The position numbers were made by a program, and so were the translations under genes. A DNA stretch of 64,000 nt. Source: Candidatus Entotheonellaceae bacterium. GTDB taxonomy: Bacteria; Tectomicrobia; Entotheonellia; Entotheonellales; Entotheonellaceae. Of this stretch, positions 56,706 to 64,000 are shown in pieces. The stretch is from NCBI GenBank assembly GCA_965238075.1, contig OZ250173.1, positions 683,145 to 747,144 on the forward strand, in the 5' to 3' direction. The notes beneath the pieces were generated by a model. The model saw only the letters and a program-made list of their open reading frames with translations, did not search any database and had not been told where the DNA came from. The first letter of the stretch is position 1. The number at the start of each line of letters is the position of its first letter.

Positions 56706-58364
56706 CTAGCCTCGGGTCAGCCAGGCGAATTGCTGCGGCCGGCGTTTGGCCTCGGGATTGATTGTCACGTTAATCAGCGTCGTCTCCCCACTGTCGAAGG
56801 ACGCCTGCAACGCCGCCCGCAATTCCTGCGGGGTTTCGACGTGGTAGCCCTTGCCTCCGAAGGCTTCCATCACCTTGTCGTAGCGCGCATTGGGCACGAA
56901 GGCGTTGGGCGGATACGCGGCGCCCTCGGGCAGGCTGCTGGGGCCGCCGCCGATGCCGTTGTTGTTGAACACGATCCAGGTGATGGGCAGCTTGTGGCGC
57001 ACCGCCACCTCGACCTCCAGGCCGTCGAAGCCAAACGCCGCGTCGCCTTCCAGGGCGATGACGCGCTTGTCCGGGTTGGCCACCTGCGCGGCGATGGCAA
57101 AGCCCGGCCCTACGCCCATGGTGCCCCAAGTGCCGGCGTCGAGGCGTTTGCGCGGCTCGTAGTTGTCCAGCACCTGACGGCTGATATCCATCGTGCTGGC
57201 GCCCTCAGTCACAATGATGGCGTCGCGCGGCAGCATCTGTTGGATTTCCTGTAGCGGCCGGTAATAGTTCATCGGCACCTCGTCCGACTCCAGCATCGCC
57301 GTGGTGGCCTCCTGCTTGGCCTTTCTCTCCTTGTCGAGCGCCTGGCGCCAGGGATTATCGGCGGCGATCTGCCAGGGGTCTTCTTCCAAAGCGGCAACCA
57401 TCTGTGCCATGACCACCTTGGCATCGCCCACCAGGGCGGCTTCGGCGGGGACGGTGGCGCCGATTTCCTCAGCGGCCACGTCGAGCTGCACCACGCGCAA
57501 GTCCTCGCGGAAGCGCGGCGGCAGGCCGAAGTGCATAATCCAGTTGAGCCGGGCGCCGATGGTGAAAACGAGGTCGGCGTTCTGCAGGGCGTAGCTTCGC
57601 GCCGCCGCCACGCTGAGCGGATGGCCGTCGGGCATGACGCCCTTGCCCATCGGCGACGGCAGGAAAGGCATCTGCGCCTCTTCGATAAAACGCCGCACCT
57701 GTTCCTCCGCACCGGCCCAGGCGGCCCCCTTGCCGATAATCGCCAGCGGCTGGCGCGCCGACTTCAGGGACGCCAGGGCCGCCTTGATGGCCGTCGGGTC
57801 CACCGGCGGCGCGGGCGGAGCTTCGACACGCGGCGGGTAGGTCAGGTCGTCTTCGTCCAGGCTGCTGGCGATGACGTCGCCCGGCAGGTCGAGATAAACC
57901 GGGCCGGGCCGTCCGGAGATCGAATGGCGCACGGCGGTGGCGATGTAGCGCGGGATCAGGTCGATACGCTCCGCCTGTCCTACCCATTTGCAGAACGGCT
58001 TGGCGAGGTCCAGCTGCGGAGCGGCCTGAAAGTCCCCCATGTGGTTCAGGGCCTGATTGGACGACCCGCCGATCAGCAGCATGGGCCAGCAGTTCGCCCA
58101 GGCGTTGCCGAGGGCGGAGATGGCATTCGTCATGCCGGGACCGGACACCACCAGGCAGGCGCCGATGCGGCCCTTGAGATACGAGATGGCCTGCGCCGCG
58201 TAGCCTGACGCCTGCTCGTGCCGCGTGCCGATGTAGCGGATGCCCTCGCTCGCCGCCGCTGCCGCAATGCCGGTGACCGGAATGCCGACCACGCCGAACA
58301 GTTCATCCACGCCCTGCTGCTTCAAGCAGCGGGCCACCAGTCTCGCGCCATCGATTTCAGCCAT
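56706..58364 (-). CDS. oxc: Oxalyl-CoA decarboxylase (ThDP-dependent; 2-hydroxyacyl-CoA lyase family)
   Basis: Start at the ATG at 58364, after AGGAG. GVVGIPVTGIAAAAASEGIRYIGTRHEQASGYAAQA...VSGPGMTN...GTMGVGPGFAIAAQ...ALEGDAAFGF ThDP motif. The oxc assignment is supported by frc lying ~6 kb away. Confidence 0.75.
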   Translation of the reverse strand: MAEIDGARLVARCLKQQGVDELFGVVGIPVTGIAAAAASEGIRYIGTRHEQASGYAAQAISYLKGRIGACLVVSGPGMTNAISALGNAWANCWPMLLIGGSSNQALNHMGDFQAAPQLDLAKPFCKWVGQAERIDLIPRYIATAVRHSISGRPGPVYLDLPGDVIASSLDEDDLTYPPRVEAPPAPPVDPTAIKAALASLKSARQPLAIIGKGAAWAGAEEQVRRFIEEAQMPFLPSPMGKGVMPDGHPLSVAAARSYALQNADLVFTIGARLNWIMHFGLPPRFREDLRVVQLDVAAEEIGATVPAEAALVGDAKVVMAQMVAALEEDPWQIAADNPWRQALDKERKAKQEATTAMLESDEVPMNYYRPLQEIQQMLPRDAIIVTEGASTMDISRQVLDNYEPRKRLDAGTWGTMGVGPGFAIAAQVANPDKRVIALEGDAAFGFDGLEVEVAVRHKLPITWIVFNNNGIGGGPSSLPEGAAYPPNAFVPNARYDKVMEAFGGKGYHVETPQELRAALQASFDSGETTLINVTINPEAKRRPQQFAWLTRG

Positions 58365-58503
58365 GATGTACTCCTGTCGGAAGATGGAAGATGCACGTTC
58401 CAAATCTGTGTACCGGGCGTTCGCCGTGGTACAATCGCGCCCTTGTTGGCAAGCGTTTCTGCGTGTCTGGGGAGTGCATGAACCTATTGAAGGGTATCGT
58501 GTG

Positions 58504-59151
58504 ATGGGCGAGCATCATACGTCAGCACCGGGGTGGATGCAAACGCGCGCTGGACGCCTCAAACGCTGCCCGACCGGCGAGACGGGCGCCGTGTTGATCC
58601 TCAGCCTGCTGCTCCTGATGGTGCTGACCCTGCTCGGCGTCGCCGCCTTGACCCACAGCCGCATCGAGTTGCAACTCGCCGCCAATGACCGAGCCCATAA
58701 GCAGGCCCTGGCCGCCGCTGACTTTGCCCTGGCAATCGGCGAAACAGTCATCGAGTCGTGGACCGACGCCGCTGAACTTGATGAGGCCGCCAGCGTTGAG
58801 GATGGCCGTTATGGCATCGGTGAACAACCGGCCTGGGGACACTTGAAATGGGGTGCCGCCTGTGCCGGGCCGCCCGGCACCTGCCGCGGCGGCTCGGAGG
58901 CAGTGTCCGCCAACGACTTGCCCGCCGGCATCCAAAACGTTCTGCACAGCCCGCAAACCCTGCTCCCGCGCTACACCATCGAACGCCTGCCCACCGTGCC
59001 GGACAGCTACGTGACCGGCGTGCAGTACCACGGGCCGCGGGAAACCACCTATTTCCGCATCTCCGCGCGCGGCGTCGGACCGACGGGCGTCCTCGGCGCC
59101 CAGCCCTCGCGGGTCATCCTTCAGAGTATCTACGCCAGGCGGTTCAATTGA
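58504..59151 (+). CDS. pilX: Type IV pilus minor component PilX-like (PilX_N domain)
   Basis: GAVLILSLLLLMVLTLLGVAALTHSRIELQLAANDRAHKQALAAADFALAIGE. The start is uncertain (58504 or the internal Met). Confidence 0.65.
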   Translation: MGEHHTSAPGWMQTRAGRLKRCPTGETGAVLILSLLLLMVLTLLGVAALTHSRIELQLAANDRAHKQALAAADFALAIGETVIESWTDAAELDEAASVEDGRYGIGEQPAWGHLKWGAACAGPPGTCRGGSEAVSANDLPAGIQNVLHSPQTLLPRYTIERLPTVPDSYVTGVQYHGPRETTYFRISARGVGPTGVLGAQPSRVILQSIYARRFN

Positions 59152-59165
59152 CGATCGGATCGCGT

Positions 59166-61214
59166 ATGACGCGGAACGTCTACCTTAACCTGTATATCGT
59201 GAGTGCGGTGGCCGCGGGTGCGTTGAGCGGTGTTGGGATGGCGTTCGCCGCCGCGTTGAACCTGAGCCAGGCGCCGGTTGTCAGCCAAGCCGGTTACCGT
59301 TCGGCGGCTGGCGTGGCGGCCAGCAGCCGCACTGTGGATACCAGCACACGGCTGTATCAGACACGGTTTGACGCCAGCGCTTGGCACGGAGACGTGGTGG
59401 CCTATGGCATGGACGGAACCGGCGGGCTTACCTTGGCCTGGGAGGCTGGCGCGCTGCTGCGACAGACCCTGCTGGCGAACGGTCATCAACGGCGGCAAAT
59501 TCTGACGTATCACGGGACGGCCAGACGGGGCATCCCGTTGGCGTGGAACGAGTTGTCCAACGCACAGCAGGACGCGCTGCGAGAGCCGCACGATATAGAT
59601 GACCAGGTGGCCATAGACCGCCTCGCCTATCTGCGCGGCGATCCGTCGAGGGAAGGTCGGCCCGACGGTTTTCGGCAACGCGGCGGCCCTTTGGGCGACT
59701 TGGTCCACTCGCGGCCGGTGTTCGTTGGCGCGCCGGGGCTTCCGGGCGTGATCGACCCGCACACCTACCCGGCGTTTCGCAACGCTCAAGCGGGTCGTGC
59801 ACCGATGCTCGTAGTCGGCGGCAACGATGGCTTTGTCCACGTTTTCAGTGCCGCCACCGGTCAGGAACTCATGGCCTACGCGCCGCACGCCGTCTTTCCG
59901 CACCTTATCGAATTGACCAAACCGGGGTACGCGCACCGTTACTACGTGGACGGCTCCCCCACCGCCGCGGACGTGCAGACGGCCAGCGGCTGGCGCACCT
60001 GGGTCGTCGGCGGATTGGGTGCCGGCGGGCGCGGCGCCTATGCGCTGGACGTGACCGACCCGGCCCGGCTCGCCAATGCCGCGGCGTCCGGCAATCCGGC
60101 GCTCATCGTTCAGTGGGAATTTACCGCCGCCGATGACCCTGACCTGGGTTTCACCTTCAGCCAACCATCCATTGTCCGCATGCAGAATGGCCGCTGGGCG
60201 GCGCTGTTCGGCAACGGCTACAACAGCCCCAACGACCATGCCGTGCTGTATGTCATCTTTCTCGACGGCGGCCAGGACGGCACCTGGACGCGGGGTGTCG
60301 ATTATGTCCGCATTCCGGCCAGTGGCGGCCTGCCGGCTCAGGCCGGCGCGGCGAACGGCCTGTCGACGCCCGCCGCCGTGGACCTCGACGGCGACTTTTT
60401 CACCGATCTGATCTACGCCGGTGATTTGCAGGGCAACCTGTGGAAGTTCGACGTGAGCAGCCCATTTCCAGGCGATTGGGGCAGCGCCTACCGCGGTGGC
60501 GCGACGCCGGCGCCGATGTTCGTGTGTACCGACGCCGGCGGCCAGCGCCAACCCATTACGACGCGTCCCGAGGTGGGGCCGCATCCGATCGCCGGGGCCA
60601 TGGTCTACGTCGGTACGGGCAAGAACCTGGAGCCGGGAGACCGCAGTTCCACCGCAACGCAGACCCTGTATGGCCTGTGGGACCGGCAGGCGCCCACGAC
60701 GACGCCATACAACCGCCTCGACGGATCACTGTTGCAACAAACGATGCAGCAGCGGGGGGACGTGCGGATCATGGATAACCATGCGGTGGATTGGAACCGG
60801 CACGTCGGCTGGTTTGTCGATCTGCCCGCTGCCGGGGAGCGGCTCGTCAGCGATCCCATCCTGCGTCACCGGCGCCTTGTTTTCACCTCCTTCGTTCCAA
60901 GCCTTGGCGGCGGCTGGCTGAGCGAGTTGCACGCACCGAGCGGCGGGCGCCTGCCGTTCACGCTGCTGGACCTGGATAACGACGGGTTTTACACCGTCGA
61001 GGACCATACGCCCCTAGGCCCCGACAACACTGCCCCGGCGTGCTGTATCCTGCCGGGAACGGGCGGCTATGTCGACGCACCAGCGGTTTTGGTGGACGGC
61101 GCGACGGAGGTGCAATTCATCAGCGAGAGGGCGGGAACGGTGGCCCAGTGGGTGAAAAGCCCCGGCCCGCGGGTTGTCGGCCGTCAGTCTTGGGAGCACG
61201 TGTTATTGCCGTAA
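59166..61214 (+). CDS. pilY1: Type IV pilus tip-associated adhesin PilY1-like (beta-propeller C-terminal domain)
   Basis: GDLVHSRPVFVG...VVGGNDGFVHVF...YVDGSPTAADV...VVGGLGAGGRGAYALDVTDP...FGNGYNS...VDLDGDFFTDLIYAGDLQGNLWKFD (Ca-binding-type loop). Confidence 0.85.
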   Translation: MTRNVYLNLYIVSAVAAGALSGVGMAFAAALNLSQAPVVSQAGYRSAAGVAASSRTVDTSTRLYQTRFDASAWHGDVVAYGMDGTGGLTLAWEAGALLRQTLLANGHQRRQILTYHGTARRGIPLAWNELSNAQQDALREPHDIDDQVAIDRLAYLRGDPSREGRPDGFRQRGGPLGDLVHSRPVFVGAPGLPGVIDPHTYPAFRNAQAGRAPMLVVGGNDGFVHVFSAATGQELMAYAPHAVFPHLIELTKPGYAHRYYVDGSPTAADVQTASGWRTWVVGGLGAGGRGAYALDVTDPARLANAAASGNPALIVQWEFTAADDPDLGFTFSQPSIVRMQNGRWAALFGNGYNSPNDHAVLYVIFLDGGQDGTWTRGVDYVRIPASGGLPAQAGAANGLSTPAAVDLDGDFFTDLIYAGDLQGNLWKFDVSSPFPGDWGSAYRGGATPAPMFVCTDAGGQRQPITTRPEVGPHPIAGAMVYVGTGKNLEPGDRSSTATQTLYGLWDRQAPTTTPYNRLDGSLLQQTMQQRGDVRIMDNHAVDWNRHVGWFVDLPAAGERLVSDPILRHRRLVFTSFVPSLGGGWLSELHAPSGGRLPFTLLDLDNDGFYTVEDHTPLGPDNTAPACCILPGTGGYVDAPAVLVDGATEVQFISERAGTVAQWVKSPGPRVVGRQSWEHVLLP

Positions 61215-61254
61215 TGCCGCTGGCTCCGGTGGTCCCTAAAGGAGACTGGTTATC

Positions 61255-61920
61255 ATGTGGCCGCGACGTAACTGCAGCCGGGCAAACGACGAGCGGACCG
61301 TTCGCCTGGACATGGTGCGGAACCAGATCGAACGGCGCGGCATCATGGACGAGCGCGTTTTGCAAGCCATGCGCGAGGTGCCCCGGCACGTCTTTGCGCC
61401 GGCCAAACGGCGTCACGAGGCGTATGGCGACCACCCTATCTCCATCGGCGAGATGCAGACGATTTCGCAGCCCTACATGGTCGCCGTGATGATCGAGCAT
61501 CTTCGGTTGCGGGGCGGCGAGCGTGTCCTCGAAATCGGCACCGGTTCGGGTTATCAAGCCGCCGTGCTCGGGCGACTGGCAGCCGAGGTGTACACGGTGG
61601 AATGCTTCCCTTCCCTGGCCGCCGATGCCCGTCTCGTTTTGCAACAGCTCGGCTATGAGAACGTGCAGGTCGTACAGGCCAATGGATGTCAAGGGTTTGC
61701 CCAGGGCTCGCCGTACAGCGGCATCGTCGTGGCGGCAGCGGCTCCGTTCATCCCGGCGCCGTTGCGGCTCCAGTTGGCGGATGGCGGACGGTTGGTCATA
61801 CCAGTCGGCGGCCCCGAAGGACAACGGCTGGTCATCGTGACCCGGCAAGGGGATACGTTTACCGAGGAAAAGACGGTGACGTGCCGGTTCGTGCCTTTAC
61901 TGGGTACAGACGTTGCATAA
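61255..61920 (+). CDS. pcm: Protein-L-isoaspartate O-methyltransferase
   Basis: AMREVPRHVF...ISQPYMVAVMIEHL...VLEIGTGSGYQAAVL. AAGGAG RBS upstream of 61255. Confidence 0.9.
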   Translation: MWPRRNCSRANDERTVRLDMVRNQIERRGIMDERVLQAMREVPRHVFAPAKRRHEAYGDHPISIGEMQTISQPYMVAVMIEHLRLRGGERVLEIGTGSGYQAAVLGRLAAEVYTVECFPSLAADARLVLQQLGYENVQVVQANGCQGFAQGSPYSGIVVAAAAPFIPAPLRLQLADGGRLVIPVGGPEGQRLVIVTRQGDTFTEEKTVTCRFVPLLGTDVA

Positions 61921-61989
61921 GGGGCACGGGCGCCTTCTGCCAATGGCGTTCTTCAGAAAAATGTGCGACTCTGACCGCTCGGCCAGGAA

Positions 61990-62148
61990 ATGGGCCGTCT
62001 GCGGGAGGACATGACGCGGTTGGGTGAGCGTTTTTCGCGGCTGGAGCACGGCCAAGCCTGGCTCGAAGGGTTGCTGGATGGGCTGCACGAGGCCATCACC
62101 GGACGGACCGCGAGCAGCTGGACATTTGTATCCGAAGGATCCGCTTGA
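61990..62148 (+). CDS. Small hypothetical coiled-coil protein (52 aa)
   Basis: MGRLREDMTRLGERFSRLEHGQAWLEGLLDGLHEAITGR... The stop overlaps the lysS start region (TTGATGA). Unverified. Confidence 0.2.
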   Translation: MGRLREDMTRLGERFSRLEHGQAWLEGLLDGLHEAITGRTASSWTFVSEGSA

Positions 62149-63689
62149 TGAACGAAGTTGAGGCACAGCACTGGGCCGACCAGGTAGCCTGCGAGCTTTT
62201 GGCGAACCAGCCACGGCACTTGCTGAGTACGGGCATTACGCCGTCGGGGGAGTATCACGTCGGGCACTTGCGGGAGGTGCTGACCGCGGAAGGAGTGCGC
62301 TGCGCCTTGCGGGAGCAGGGGACGGACTGCCAGTTGAACTACGTGGCCGACACCATGGACCCGCTGCGGCGGGTTTATGATTTTCTCGACCCTGAACGCT
62401 ACAAGCCGCACGTGGGCAAGCCGTTGTGCGACATTCCGTGCCCGTGTGATGAGCACGCCAGTTACGCCGAGCATTTCCTGCAGCCCTTCCTGCAGGCGAT
62501 GCAGACGCTAGGGGTCGAGCTGGAGGTGCATCAGGCGCACGAGTTGTACCGCGGCGGCCATCTCGACGACCAGATCATCACGGCCCTGGAAAGCACCGAG
62601 GCGATCAAGGCCATCCTGCACGAGGTAACCGGCAAAGCGATGGCGGACGATTGGTCTCCATACAATCCGGTTTGCGAGGCGTGCGGCCGCTTGGCGGGCA
62701 CGCGGGTGACGGGTTTTGACGTCGCCGCCCGAACCGTATCGTACGCCTGCGACTGCGGTCACGAAACCACGGCGCCCGTCTCCCAGGCGGGTAAGCTCAC
62801 CTGGCGGGTGGACTGGCCGGCACGCTGGCAGGCTTTGGGGGTGACGGCGGAGCCCTTCGGCAAAGACCACGCCTCGCGCGGCGGTTCGTATGACACCGGC
62901 AAACGCATTATGCGCGAGGTGTTCGACGGTGAACCACCACACCCCATTCCGTACGAATGGATTGGCTTGAAGGGCCAGGGGGACATGTCGTCCAGCAAGG
63001 GCAACCTCGTCAGCATCGTCAACGTGACGCAAGCCATCCCGCCGGACGTGGTGCGCTACCTGATATTTCGCGTCAAGCCGATGCGGCGCATTGCCTTCGA
63101 CCCCGGCCTGCCGCTGCTCAACCTGATGGACGAGTACGACAACCTCTCCAGCAACAACCGCGACGCCCGCGCCGCCGACCTAGCCAGAATCACCGAGATG
63201 GATTCCATCGGCGTGCCCTTCCGGCACTTGGTCAATCTCGTGCAGATCACCGATGGCGACGTGGCCAAAATTCAGGCCATCCTGAAACGCCACAACCTGC
63301 CGGTGACTGACGCGGCAACCCTGCAAAAGCGAGTGGATTTCGCCGCCTACTGGGTAGAACGTTTCAGTCCGCCGGACAGTCGTTTACGCTTGCAACCAAC
63401 CTTGCCCGAGCGCGCCGTCGACTTGACCCCGCCGCAACGTCATGTCCTGGCGCTTCTGGATCAGCGGCTGCAGCCCGACATGGACGGCGACGCCATTCAC
63501 ACCCTGGTCTACGCCCTCGCCGAGGAGTCGGGATTGGCCGCCAAGGACGTTTTCGAGGCGGTCTACGTCGCGTTTCTGGACCGCACCCGCGGCCCGCGGG
63601 CAGGCTGGTTCCTGCGCTCTCTGGAGCCCGATTTTGTGCACGCCCGATTGCGGGAGGCCGCCGGCCAGGGCGAGGGAGCGCGGTGTTGA
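62148..63689 (+). CDS. lysS: Lysine--tRNA ligase, class I
   Basis: GITPSGEYHVGHLREV (HIGH-type motif), CDCGHE zinc-type region, and GDMSSSKGN (KMSKS-type). The length fits class I LysRS. Confidence 0.88.
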   Translation: MNEVEAQHWADQVACELLANQPRHLLSTGITPSGEYHVGHLREVLTAEGVRCALREQGTDCQLNYVADTMDPLRRVYDFLDPERYKPHVGKPLCDIPCPCDEHASYAEHFLQPFLQAMQTLGVELEVHQAHELYRGGHLDDQIITALESTEAIKAILHEVTGKAMADDWSPYNPVCEACGRLAGTRVTGFDVAARTVSYACDCGHETTAPVSQAGKLTWRVDWPARWQALGVTAEPFGKDHASRGGSYDTGKRIMREVFDGEPPHPIPYEWIGLKGQGDMSSSKGNLVSIVNVTQAIPPDVVRYLIFRVKPMRRIAFDPGLPLLNLMDEYDNLSSNNRDARAADLARITEMDSIGVPFRHLVNLVQITDGDVAKIQAILKRHNLPVTDAATLQKRVDFAAYWVERFSPPDSRLRLQPTLPERAVDLTPPQRHVLALLDQRLQPDMDGDAIHTLVYALAEESGLAAKDVFEAVYVAFLDRTRGPRAGWFLRSLEPDFVHARLREAAGQGEGARC

Positions 63690-64000
63690 CCTACGAGCAG
63701 GCCCTGGCCTATCTGGCGCGGTTCATCAATTACGAATCCGGCCAGCGCGTCCCGTACACCCCCGAGCATTTCAACCTGGACGCCTTTGCCGCCTTCCTGC
63801 ACGAACTTGGCGACCCGCACCGGGCCTTCCCTTCGGTGCTGATCGCGGGCTCCAAGGGCAAGGGTTCCACCGCCGCCATGATCGCGGCCATTCTGTCGCA
63901 AGCGGGCTTGCGCACGGGACTGTTCACCAATCCGCATCTGGTCACCCTGCGCGAACGAACCCAGATTGACCGCCAGCTCATCAGCGAACCGGCGTTTGCC
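63683..64000 (+). CDS. folC: Folylpolyglutamate synthase/dihydrofolate synthase, N-terminal part (runs off the window)
   Basis: (V)LTYEQALAYLARFINYE...FPSVLIAGSKGKGSTAAMIAAILSQAGLRTGLFTNPHL is the Mur-ligase P-loop in FolC context. The GTG at 63683 overlaps the lysS stop. Confidence 0.8.
   Translation, partial: MLTYEQALAYLARFINYESGQRVPYTPEHFNLDAFAAFLHELGDPHRAFPSVLIAGSKGKGSTAAMIAAILSQAGLRTGLFTNPHLVTLRERTQIDRQLISEPAFA

Overview
This is a GC-rich bacterial chromosomal window, probably from a diderm: it has MlaC, a GT9 heptosyltransferase, PilX/PilY1 and an outer-membrane beta-barrel remnant. I saw no rRNA, tRNA or CRISPR array. Most of it is housekeeping: uvrB-uvrC, an RlmD-like methyltransferase, a transketolase-family enzyme, an M20 peptidase, thiD, a nadD-like gene, ychF, pcm, class I lysS, folC, frc and oxc for oxalate catabolism, and a peptide-type ABC importer. 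Four accessory or unusual regions stand out. (1) 1158-8580: an ISKra4 transposase remnant, then a tandem array of three paralogous secreted repeat proteins. Their promoter/leader and 3' flanks are duplicated along with the genes. The middle copy has a 1-nt frameshift and a unique run of 16 x 21-bp heptad (IATNTSD-type) repeats. A decayed autotransporter-like beta-barrel follows the array. (2) 36177-43516: a tight non-canonical operon, erpA-nuoA-nuoH-nuoG-nuoI-(NarI/DsrM-like membrane domain fused to an HdrD/DsrK-like Fe-S domain)-iscS. It lacks nuoBCDEF and nuoJ-N. (3) 43545-47162: a visibly less GC-rich defence-type islet between iscS and thiD. It holds an Rpn-family PD-(D/E)xK nuclease, a translationally coupled pair (small TM protein plus a 2TM-coiled-coil-HNH nuclease), and an AbiJ-NTD4/HEPN-like protein coupled to a decayed DNA methyltransferase. 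(4) A mosaic family of GC-rich hairpin repeats sits at four or more intergenic loci. Other points: an OppB-type permease with a ~290-aa periplasmic insertion and no ATPase genes nearby, an orphan GAF-GspE ATPase, higBA next to an RHH antitoxin remnant, and an orphan pilX-pilY1 pair. All calls come from reading the translations and the DNA by eye. No database search or computation was run.
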